DNA of 64,000 bases from Dehalococcoidia bacterium. Its GTDB lineage: Bacteria; Chloroflexota; Dehalococcoidia; Lucifugimonadales; CBDFII01. Below are positions 56,475-64,000 of this stretch, piece after piece. A program made the translations under genes and the position numbers. The stretch covers positions 465,999-529,998 of the forward strand of contig CBDFII010000004.1 of NCBI GenBank assembly GCA_965248115.1. The letters are read 5' to 3'. Every line of letters starts with the position of its first letter. Position 1 is the first letter of the stretch. The notes beneath the pieces were generated by a model, which was given only the letters and a program-made list of their open reading frames with translations, was not told the DNA's origin and did no database searches.

Positions 56475-57302
56475 ATGAGGAGAGCCTACGCCGACACGCC
56501 CGAAGGGCAGGTACATTACGTAACTGAGGGATCGGGGGAGCCCTTGCTCCTCCTTCATGAGAGCCCCCGCTCATGGGCTACGTATGTTCGTATGATCCCG
56601 CTCCTGGCCAAGACTCATCGGGTCATTGCTATGGACAACCTCGGCTTCGGGGACTCGGACCCGCCTTCACAGGCCTATCAGGTAGAGGATTACGCTGAGA
56701 ATGTTGCCCATTTCCTAGATTCATTGGGCATCGCCCAAACGAGCGTTATGGGCGATCATACTGGGGCATCTATAGCCGTTGAAGTGGCAGTCCGATGGCC
56801 AGAGCGGGTCCGGCGGCTGGTCTTAGCGGGGTTGCCCTTTTGGATAAGCAAGGAGGAGCGCCTTGCCCGCCTAGAGCAGGAAAAAACAAGCAATTCGGGT
56901 AGCATCGACGTAGACGGGGCCCATTGCACCAGGTTGTGGCAGCGCGCACTGGCAAAAGTGCCAAGAGAAGCGAATGGCGAGGTCTCTCAAGACGACCTAG
57001 AGTTTGTAGCTGGTTACACCTTGGATGGCCTCAAAGCGGGGCCCTACAACAAAGAGACCCATATGGCCGTTTACAGCTACGACCCAGAGCCCCGCCTGCC
57101 GCTCATTCAGGCGCCAACCCTGGTGGTTGATGTAACTGGCGAGGGACCTACACAATACACCAAACGAGGCTCCCAGGTGAAGGCGCTTATTCCACAAAGC
57201 AGTCTGGTCACAATTGAAGGTGGAGGATCGCGGCTAAAAATTATTAGGGCTACGGAGCTCAGCGAAACCATGCTCCAGTTTTTAGATAGTTCTACACTGT
57301 AA
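56475..57302 (+). CDS. Alpha/beta-fold protein, atypical (G-D-H-T-G elbow)
   Basis: 275 aa with an alpha/beta-hydrolase layout. However, HESP replaces the HG oxyanion motif and His95 (56757..56759) sits at the nucleophile position. Confidence 0.75.
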   Translation: MRRAYADTPEGQVHYVTEGSGEPLLLLHESPRSWATYVRMIPLLAKTHRVIAMDNLGFGDSDPPSQAYQVEDYAENVAHFLDSLGIAQTSVMGDHTGASIAVEVAVRWPERVRRLVLAGLPFWISKEERLARLEQEKTSNSGSIDVDGAHCTRLWQRALAKVPREANGEVSQDDLEFVAGYTLDGLKAGPYNKETHMAVYSYDPEPRLPLIQAPTLVVDVTGEGPTQYTKRGSQVKALIPQSSLVTIEGGGSRLKIIRATELSETMLQFLDSSTL

Positions 57303-57468
57303 TAACGACCCATCCACTACTTTGTGGGCGTAATAGCTAGTCTCTACTCCATCCAACTCTTTGCCAGTTGAATTGGTATCCTTTTACGGATAAATATTGC
57401 TCGCTAAACATATCCATAAGATCGTATTATCACCCAGTGTCCATCTTTAGGAGATTGGCAAGAAGGAT

Positions 57469-58281
57469 ATGATGGGGCTTGATGTCAGGTTTGGCTATGC
57501 AGATACTAACCTCGGACAGGTCCACTACCGCGAGGTGGGCTCCGGTCCACCAGTAGTCCTATTCCATGAAAGCCCCTTCTCTGGGGCAGTATTTGAGGCC
57601 GTTTTGCCCATGTTGGGCCGACGGGTTCGGGCCATTGCCCCAGACACCCCAGGCTACGGCGCATCTCCCCCACCACCCAGCCCCCTCTCCATTGGTGGCT
57701 ATGCCGAACGGGTGGCCCTTTTCCTGGATGCACTGGGGCTGGAGCATGTCGTGCTGGTTGGTAACCACACAGGTGGGGCCATCGCAATCCAGCTTGCTGT
57801 AGACATGCCAGAGCGAGTGACAGCGCTTATAATCACAGGAGCTCTTCTATTTAACGAGGAGGAGCGAAGGGATAGGTTGGAGAACTATCTAGAGCCGTTT
57901 AACCTATCTCCGGATGGAGGGCACTTGGCTTGGCTGTGGGCTCGCCTCCGCCGAGGAAATGGTCCTGATGCCCCGGTGGAACTGCTCCACTTTTTTGCTG
58001 CCCAGTTCCTCCAAACAGCATCTCGATACGACTGGGCCTTTAGGGCAGCATATGAATTTGACACGGAGCGCCTATTGCCTAAGATAACCTGCCCGACCCT
58101 CTTCCTCATCACCGCAGGTGACAGGTTATCGAACAAAAACGAACGTGCAGTAGCACTGACCTCCCGTGCGGAGGGACGGGTCGTGGATAAACCTTATGGA
58201 CAATTTGCAACTCGAGATCCGGAGGAGTACTCCAATGAGGTTTTGTCCTTCCTAGGCCGTGTAGGATATCTCACCTCGTAA
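57469..58281 (+). CDS. Alpha/beta-fold protein, atypical (G-N-H-T-G elbow)
   Basis: 270 aa, paralog of 56475..57302 (GQVHY.E.GSG.P..L.HESP.S). His100 (57766..57768) sits at the nucleophile position. Confidence 0.75.
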   Translation: MMGLDVRFGYADTNLGQVHYREVGSGPPVVLFHESPFSGAVFEAVLPMLGRRVRAIAPDTPGYGASPPPPSPLSIGGYAERVALFLDALGLEHVVLVGNHTGGAIAIQLAVDMPERVTALIITGALLFNEEERRDRLENYLEPFNLSPDGGHLAWLWARLRRGNGPDAPVELLHFFAAQFLQTASRYDWAFRAAYEFDTERLLPKITCPTLFLITAGDRLSNKNERAVALTSRAEGRVVDKPYGQFATRDPEEYSNEVLSFLGRVGYLTS

Positions 58282-58340
58282 CGAAGGAGCTTGGTAACTT
58301 CATCGCATCCCTCGACAAACCTTTGCCCAGGAGACAACAT

Positions 58341-59378
58341 ATGGCCCCTGCCGACATTACCAATAACAAAAGAGTATCCATCTGCTTCGGCAGCCGCATA
58401 CTATGGTCTGACGAGGAGCTTATCAAGGTAGCCCAGGCCGCCGAGTCCCTGGGCTATGAGACCATCTTTATGGCCGAGTCCTGGGGACGCGACGTTTTTA
58501 CCCTTCTAACCCTGCTGGCTCTAAACACCAAACGTATCAAACTGGCGACGGGCATCGCCGGCATTTGGGCCCGTTCACCGACCATGACGGCTCAGACAGC
58601 CGCCTCGCTGGACAACATGTCCGATGGTAGGTTCATACTGGGCCTGGGTACAGGGAATCCCCTCGTAGTCGAGGAGTGGCACGGTCAGGAGTTCAAAAGG
58701 CCGCTGCAGCGTACCCGTGAATTCACCGAGATTGTGCGCATGGTCATAAGCGGCCAGCGCCTCGACTACCAAGGGAAGCTCTTCAAGTTCAATGGGAGCT
58801 TCCAGCCCGTGAACAAGGGTCCTCGCGACCGCATCCCCGTTTACATCGCCGCCATCGGGCCCAGACTCACAGAACTGGCCGGAGAGATAGCCGATGGGTG
58901 GATGCCTGTCTATGCGGTTCTCCCCAAGTTCCACATCCTTAAGGGCCACCTGGACATAGGAGCCCAACGGGCAGGCCGTGACCCCAGCGCCATAGACATT
59001 GCCCTTTGCATCGTCACATGTGTTGACGAGGATGAGGAGTGGGCCCGGCTTCAATTCAGGGAACGCCTTGCCCTGCGGGTAGGAGGCATGGGAGACCGAT
59101 ACCACGACTTGATGTGTCGCTCCGGCTTCAAGGAGGAGGCCGATGGAATCAGGGCCACCTGGACCCAGGGAGATCATAAGAGAGCCGCCGCCCTTGTGAC
59201 CGATGAAATGGTTGACAACATGACTATCATAGGTAAGCCTGAGCTATGCCGTGAGCGACTGGAGACCTGCTACTCAGTTGGCGTAAATATGCCCATTCTC
59301 TCCTTCCTGGATCACCTCCCCTTAAAAGTGGTCTATCGGAGCCTGGAGGCCCTAGCGCCGCTGCCTACACGGGCGTAA
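58341..59378 (+). CDS. LLM-class F420/flavin-dependent oxidoreductase
   Basis: GYETIFMAESWGRD, R.KL.TGI and F.LGLGTG are typical of the luciferase-like family. The ATG at 58341 is preceded by AGGAGA and is preferred over the track start at 58323. Confidence 0.85.
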   Translation: MAPADITNNKRVSICFGSRILWSDEELIKVAQAAESLGYETIFMAESWGRDVFTLLTLLALNTKRIKLATGIAGIWARSPTMTAQTAASLDNMSDGRFILGLGTGNPLVVEEWHGQEFKRPLQRTREFTEIVRMVISGQRLDYQGKLFKFNGSFQPVNKGPRDRIPVYIAAIGPRLTELAGEIADGWMPVYAVLPKFHILKGHLDIGAQRAGRDPSAIDIALCIVTCVDEDEEWARLQFRERLALRVGGMGDRYHDLMCRSGFKEEADGIRATWTQGDHKRAAALVTDEMVDNMTIIGKPELCRERLETCYSVGVNMPILSFLDHLPLKVVYRSLEALAPLPTRA

Positions 59379-59498
59379 AATTAAACGTTCGTGTTTGCCC
59401 AAAAGGAGGCTGAGCCCATCCTCCTCACCATCGACGCTACCAGCTAGGGACTCATTTCTGTGGAACTACACCAACGTCCTCGCGGCCCCCTCCTTACG

Positions 59499-60716
59499 AT
59501 GCTGCAAGATGGCAAGTTCCGTGCCATCTTGTACGTAACCTCTTTGAATTTCTTCACACGCCGCTTTGAGCTGCTGGTCCTAAGCATATTTATCCTCGAA
59601 GTTACCAATTCCCCATTGCAATTGGCGTTGGTCTGGGTATTCCAAAACCTACCCAGGCCTTTAGTATCCCCACTATCCGGCGTCATCGCCGACCGCTTCA
59701 GCCGACACCGCATCCTGGTGGTGGCACAAAGTCTCAACGCGTCCATCGCCACTAGCGTCCTCTTGCTCCTCGTAAGTGGCCTCGTCCAGCCGTGGCACAT
59801 TTTCGCCGCGGCGTTCCTGCAAGGGGTCACACAATCTCTTGAAGACCCCTCACGACGTATGGCGATCCTAGATATCGTGGGCCAAGGCCGGCTAGTCAAT
59901 GCCATGTCAATGGAACTGATGGGGCAACTCTCCGGGAAAATGACCGGTCCCATCATAGGAGGGATTCTAATAGCGCTGTTCACATTTAAAGCAGCCTACG
60001 GATTTGTGTTGGTAGTGCATTTGATATCCCTGGGACTGCTACTGGGCTTGGTGAGGATTCCGCGCTATAGCGGCACCATCACGGTGGAATCGATATGGAG
60101 AGGCCTGGGTCTAGGAGTACGATATGCCCTGCACAATCGAATGGTCTTTGGGGTACTCTACATCACTATCATAATGAATGCCCTCGCCTTTCCGGTACAG
60201 CAGTTTATCCCAATCATTGGACGTGACCTTCTAGGAGTAGGGCCTGCGTTGGTGGGACTCCTCGTAGCAGCAGATGGCTTTGGCATGCTGGTCTCAGCGG
60301 TAATACTGGCTTCGAGCAGGAATCTCAGATACCACGGACGGCTATTCGTGGTGGGTACGCTGACAATGCTGGCCACGGTTTCACTGTTCGTGTGGTCGCC
60401 CTGGTACGCCCTATCCTTTGCTTTCTTGACCATAGGGGGCATCGGGCAGGCAGGTTTTGGCACCATGCAAAGCTCGATCACCATGCTCTCCACACCCCAG
60501 GAGATGCGGGGCAGAATGTTGGGACTGCTTAGCTTCTGCATCAGCGTAGGGGTCCCCTTGGGAACCCTGGAGATAGGGCTGGTGGCTGTTGCCTTCAGCA
60601 CCCAGTGGGCTATATCGGTAAACGTCTTAGCTGGGCTACTGTTGATCTTGCCATCGCTGATGCTAACACCGCTGATCTGGCAGCCGTCGAGCGAGCCCCT
60701 GCCTCAAAGGTCTTGA
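59499..60716 (+). CDS. MFS transporter
   Basis: About 405 aa, polytopic, with a G.IADRFSRHRIL motif in loop 2-3. The start (GTG 59460 or ATG 59499) is uncertain. Confidence 0.75.
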   Translation: MLQDGKFRAILYVTSLNFFTRRFELLVLSIFILEVTNSPLQLALVWVFQNLPRPLVSPLSGVIADRFSRHRILVVAQSLNASIATSVLLLLVSGLVQPWHIFAAAFLQGVTQSLEDPSRRMAILDIVGQGRLVNAMSMELMGQLSGKMTGPIIGGILIALFTFKAAYGFVLVVHLISLGLLLGLVRIPRYSGTITVESIWRGLGLGVRYALHNRMVFGVLYITIIMNALAFPVQQFIPIIGRDLLGVGPALVGLLVAADGFGMLVSAVILASSRNLRYHGRLFVVGTLTMLATVSLFVWSPWYALSFAFLTIGGIGQAGFGTMQSSITMLSTPQEMRGRMLGLLSFCISVGVPLGTLEIGLVAVAFSTQWAISVNVLAGLLLILPSLMLTPLIWQPSSEPLPQRS

Positions 60717-60727
60717 CGCACACCTTT

Positions 60728-60904
60728 TTATAGACCAATGGGTCTGTTGGCCTCTATCCCATCCATCTTAGGCATTTGAGCATTCATAAAGATGACACTA
60801 GGCTGCAACTGCTCAGCTTTGCCCACAGCTTGAGAGGATGCACGGTCATACCAATGGGGGATGGCTGCATCGGTCAAAGGGACGATAGAATCGTCGTACC
60901 TTTG
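60728..60904 (-). pseudogene. Remnant of a response-regulator receiver (REC) domain
   Basis: A 58-codon open frame reads YDDSIVPLTDAAIPHWYDRASSQAVGKAEQLQPSVIFMNAQMPKMDGIEANRPIGL*. This is a REC-like pattern (DD...; P.VIFM-D/N-..MP.MDG.EA) but is truncated, has no usable start, and has N at the phospho-acceptor position. Confidence 0.4.
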
Positions 60905-61237
60905 TCATGACTAAAATCGGTAGCCTGACCGATGACGCAGAACAGACACCAAGGGTATCGTACTTCACAAGCATTCACGAAAACTTGTCCAGGAGGATAT
61001 CGTGCAAATATGGCTCCCCGTCAAGAAGGCTTATCAGGCGCGGGATGTCCCGATGGACGAACCTATTATCCAGGCTTGCCGCATACCTTTGTATAGACCT
61101 GTCGGCCCGTTGGCCTCTAGGGTATTTAGCCTACCCGCGATGAGGCCTGGGGCCCATGTCAATTAAGGAACGATGCAGTATAATGTTCCACCATTGGAAA
61201 TACACTTAGAAAAAAAACAGGGAGAGAGGAGCGTTTA

Positions 61238-61966
61238 ATGGGAGACCTGATCATATCAGCCGAGGGTATCCACAAGACCTACGACGCCGGCGACGTCAAG
61301 GTCCAGGCCCTCCGCGGGGTAGACCTCCACGTTGAACGCGGCGAGATGGTCGCGATCATGGGACCCAGCGGATGCGGCAAGACCACCCTGCTCAACTGCC
61401 TCTCCGGTCTGGATGAGGTTGATTCGGGAAAGGTGCTTATCGATGGCGTGCTCCTCCACGCACTCCCTGACGACGAGCGAAGCGACTACAGGGCCCGCAG
61501 AATGGGGTTCGTTTTCCAGCTGTACAATCTCCTCCCGGTACTGACCACCGTCGAGAATATCGAGATGCCACTGCTGGTGTCTGGGGTTGGCGCCGCCGAG
61601 GCCCGACGCCGGGCCGTGGCTGTGCTGGATGTGGTGGGGCTCGGCGACCGTGCTCACCACATTCCCGGACAGCTTTCGGGAGGCCAACGGCAGCGTGTCA
61701 CCATAGCCCGGGCCCTGGTGAACCAGCCCTCCATCGTATGGGCCGACGAGCCCACCGGTGACCTGGATAGCGAGACCGCCGGCGAGATCGTTGACCTGAT
61801 GGTCGAGCTGAACCGTGCCAACGGGCAAACCTTCGTCCTTGTGACCCACTCGCAGGAGGTGGGGGACCGGGCCCACCGGATCGTGAGAATGCGCGATGGG
61901 CTGATCCTGGACGACGGCAACGGCTCACGCAAGGGAAAGACCGCGCCCCAAGGGGAAAGTGCGTAG
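61238..61966 (+). CDS. ABC transporter ATP-binding protein (MacB/LolD-like)
   Basis: Walker [11 protein letters not shown]-loop, signature LSGGQRQR and Walker [24 protein letters not shown]. Confidence 0.9.
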   Translation: MGDLIISAEGIHKTYDAGDVKVQALRGVDLHVERGEMVAIMGPSGCGKTTLLNCLSGLDEVDSGKVLIDGVLLHALPDDERSDYRARRMGFVFQLYNLLPVLTTVENIEMPLLVSGVGAAEARRRAVAVLDVVGLGDRAHHIPGQLSGGQRQRVTIARALVNQPSIVWADEPTGDLDSETAGEIVDLMVELNRANGQTFVLVTHSQEVGDRAHRIVRMRDGLILDDGNGSRKGKTAPQGESA

Positions 61967-64000
61967 TGGAAGAGCTGTTCGGCCTCTCCATGAACGTAAT
62001 CATGATGGTCGTCCTGGCCATTTTTCTGGCCGCAATAGTTGTGGTTACTGTGCTGGCCTTGCGCAACCGCATCATGCTAAAGATGGGTCTGCGCCCAATA
62101 CCCCGCAGGCTGGGCCAGACCGTACTCATCATCATCGGCGTGATGTTGAGCACAGTGATCATCTCCGCCGCCTTCGGCACCGGCGATACCATCAGCTTTT
62201 CCATCCGGAGCGAGGTGCTGAAGGAGCTCAAGACCATAGACGAGGTCATTATTCCCGCACGAGCCAGCGCCGACGACAGTTTCGGCAGCGCCCCCTACGT
62301 CTCCTACCAGCGATTCGAGGAGTTACAGGCCGAGTTGGCCAACTTTGAAGAGATAGACGGTCTCACACCTCAGATCGGCGAATCCGTCCCGGCCACTAAT
62401 CTCAGAACCTCCCAGAGTGAGGGGTTCATGAGGGTGGCCGGCATCGCCCCCGGTTTTCTAACAGGGTTTGGGACGTTAAAGCTGACCTCGGGCGAGGATG
62501 TCGACCTCAAGGATCTCCGGGAGGGCGAAGCCTATATCAACGACAAGGCTGCAGATGAGCTGGATGCCGTGGTCGGAGACGAGCTGAGTCTGTTCGTCGA
62601 GGGAAAGTCCCCAAGGTTCAGAGTCAAGGGCATCGTGGAACGGGGAGGGCTGGCCGGAAGGGACCCCACCTTGCTCATACCCTTGGAGCGGGCGCAGACC
62701 CTGTTTGCGAGAGAGGGGCAGATAAACAGCATCGTTGTCTCCAACCGTGGGGACGAGCTCGACGGTGCAGAGCTGAGCAAGTCGGTGGCACGCAGGCTGA
62801 GAGTCCTCTATACCGACAGGGAGGTTGCCTCGCAGCTCAAGGAACTCCTTAACCAGGATAACGTGCTCAAGGCGCTGGAGGAAAGGGAAGAATCTCTTGC
62901 CGAGCACCTGCAGAAGGATATGTCCCAGCTACGGAAGGAGGTACAGGGAGCTGAGCTATCAGACGACCTCATAAGCCTCTTGGCCGACAACGATGTTGTC
63001 GACGTGGTCTTCGATGTGCTGGAGGAGAATGAGCTTAGAGAGGTGGAACGGGAGGCGAGAACGCTTTTCGATGAGCTGGTGGAGTTCCGCGTCTTCGAGT
63101 TCAAGCGCCGCGGCCTGGAGATCGCCGATCTGGCAGGAAGCTTCGCTATAACGTTCTTCATGGTCTTCAGCCTGTTCTCCATAGCAGTGGGGATTCTGCT
63201 CATTTTCCTCATATTCGTAATGCTCGCGTCGGCTCGAAGGTCGGAGATGGGCATGGCCCGGGCGGTGGGGGCCAAGCGCCGGCACCTGGTGCAGATGTTT
63301 ACCTTCGAGGGCACGGCTTACTCCCTGGCGTCCGCCGCCACCGGGGTGGTGCTGGGACTGGCCGTAAGCGCCGGTATGATTGTGATAATAAACCGGCTGT
63401 TCGCCAGCTTCGAAGAGGATTTTCAGATGAGCATCCACTTCGAGCCCCGCACTATCATCGTATCCTATTGCGTGGGGATGATCATTACATTCGCCACGGT
63501 GGCCTTGTCCTCCTACCGAGTCAGCCGTCTTAACATCGTCACCGCTATTCGCGGCCTGCCCGAGGCCATCGTGTTAAGGAGCGAGGCGCGCTTTTCGCAA
63601 CGTCTGATTCTGGTGCTAAAGGCCGTGGCGCGCCCTCTCATCTTCCTGTGGAGGGCCCTCCAGTCCTTGCGGCGATTAAGAGTTGGCCGCTTCCCGCTCA
63701 ACCTGGTCCTTGCGATTGTGTGGATCATTCCTCCGGTCTGGTTGACTGGTATCGCCATTGCCCTGGTCCGGTTCTCCTGGCCCTATATTCTTCGCGGGTG
63801 GCTTCTCGTACTCCTTGGCGCCTTGGTGGCCTGGTGGGGCATTGCGGGCCTGGAGCGGCTCTCGGTCTACACTGCTGGAGCCTCTCTGATAATCCTGGGG
63901 GTTGGCCTGATGCTGCGAGTGCTGGCGTTGCGCCGGCGAATGCCGCCCGAGGTATTCGGCGTGCTGATATTGCTGGGTGGAGTCGCGCTGTTGGCCCGTG
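61966..64000 (+). CDS. ABC transporter permease, FtsX/MacB-type, large (3' end outside window)
   Basis: Absent from the ORF track because it has no stop in the window. The GTG at 61966 overlaps the ATPase stop (TAGTG), and I read the frame open to nt 64000. It has an N-terminal TM helix, a large extracytoplasmic domain, then the FtsX motif region ...FFMVFSLFSIAVGILLIFLIFVMLASARRSEMGMARAVGAKRRHLVQMFTFEG... Confidence 0.8.
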   Translation, partial: MEELFGLSMNVIMMVVLAIFLAAIVVVTVLALRNRIMLKMGLRPIPRRLGQTVLIIIGVMLSTVIISAAFGTGDTISFSIRSEVLKELKTIDEVIIPARASADDSFGSAPYVSYQRFEELQAELANFEEIDGLTPQIGESVPATNLRTSQSEGFMRVAGIAPGFLTGFGTLKLTSGEDVDLKDLREGEAYINDKAADELDAVVGDELSLFVEGKSPRFRVKGIVERGGLAGRDPTLLIPLERAQTLFAREGQINSIVVSNRGDELDGAELSKSVARRLRVLYTDREVASQLKELLNQDNVLKALEEREESLAEHLQKDMSQLRKEVQGAELSDDLISLLADNDVVDVVFDVLEENELREVEREARTLFDELVEFRVFEFKRRGLEIADLAGSFAITFFMVFSLFSIAVGILLIFLIFVMLASARRSEMGMARAVGAKRRHLVQMFTFEGTAYSLASAATGVVLGLAVSAGMIVIINRLFASFEEDFQMSIHFEPRTIIVSYCVGMIITFATVALSSYRVSRLNIVTAIRGLPEAIVLRSEARFSQRLILVLKAVARPLIFLWRALQSLRRLRVGRFPLNLVLAIVWIIPPVWLTGIAIALVRFSWPYILRGWLLVLLGALVAWWGIAGLERLSVYTAGASLIILGVGLMLRVLALRRRMPPEVFGVLILLGGVALLAR

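Noticed and set aside
60907-61143. 78-aa plus-strand track ORF.
   Set aside because: No RBS, an Arg/Ser-rich unstructured translation, and it lies in a patch containing gene remnants on the other strand.

Overview
Densely coding 64-kb chromosomal window; about 60 genes are supportable. The content is dominated by paralogous catabolic and transport functions: 5 MFS transporters, 3 luciferase-like (LLM) flavin/F420 oxidoreductases, 4 alpha/beta-fold proteins including an epoxide hydrolase, a CoA-transferase pair, and 4 DUF1800 paralogs. Housekeeping blocks are a 2-oxoacid dehydrogenase operon (E3-E1alpha-E1beta-E2), tatA / tatB-like / tatC, trxA, a ThyX-like gene and an RlmD-Maf fusion. From gene content alone this resembles a marine Chloroflexota (SAR202-like) heterotroph; that placement is inference, not shown by the sequence. 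Main results of the hunt follow. (1) A selenocysteine-decoding signature that the ORF track splits apart: a bacterial-type tRNA-Sec (anticodon UCA) 25 nt downstream of trxA, plus two redox genes with an in-frame UGA exactly at the catalytic Cys position. These are a TlpA-like lipoprotein with W-U-P-T-C and a Bcp-like peroxiredoxin with T-P-G-U. (2) A DUF1800 + NHL beta-propeller gene pair occurs three times, next to one canonical DUF1800 + DUF1501 pair. (3) Three alpha/beta-fold paralogs carry His where the nucleophilic Ser should be. (4) An m5U RNA methyltransferase is fused in frame to a Maf nucleotide pyrophosphatase. (5) Two near-identical 1649-bp IS copies are present, one interrupting a beta-helix surface protein that has an IPTL-CTERM sorting tail. 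(6) Decayed genes: an MMPL transporter with an amber codon plus a frameshift, a PD-(D/E)XK nuclease with a homopolymer frameshift, and a receiver-domain remnant. (7) A large FtsX-type permease runs off the right edge and is missing from the ORF track. No CRISPR array, rRNA, prophage or recognisable defence system was seen.
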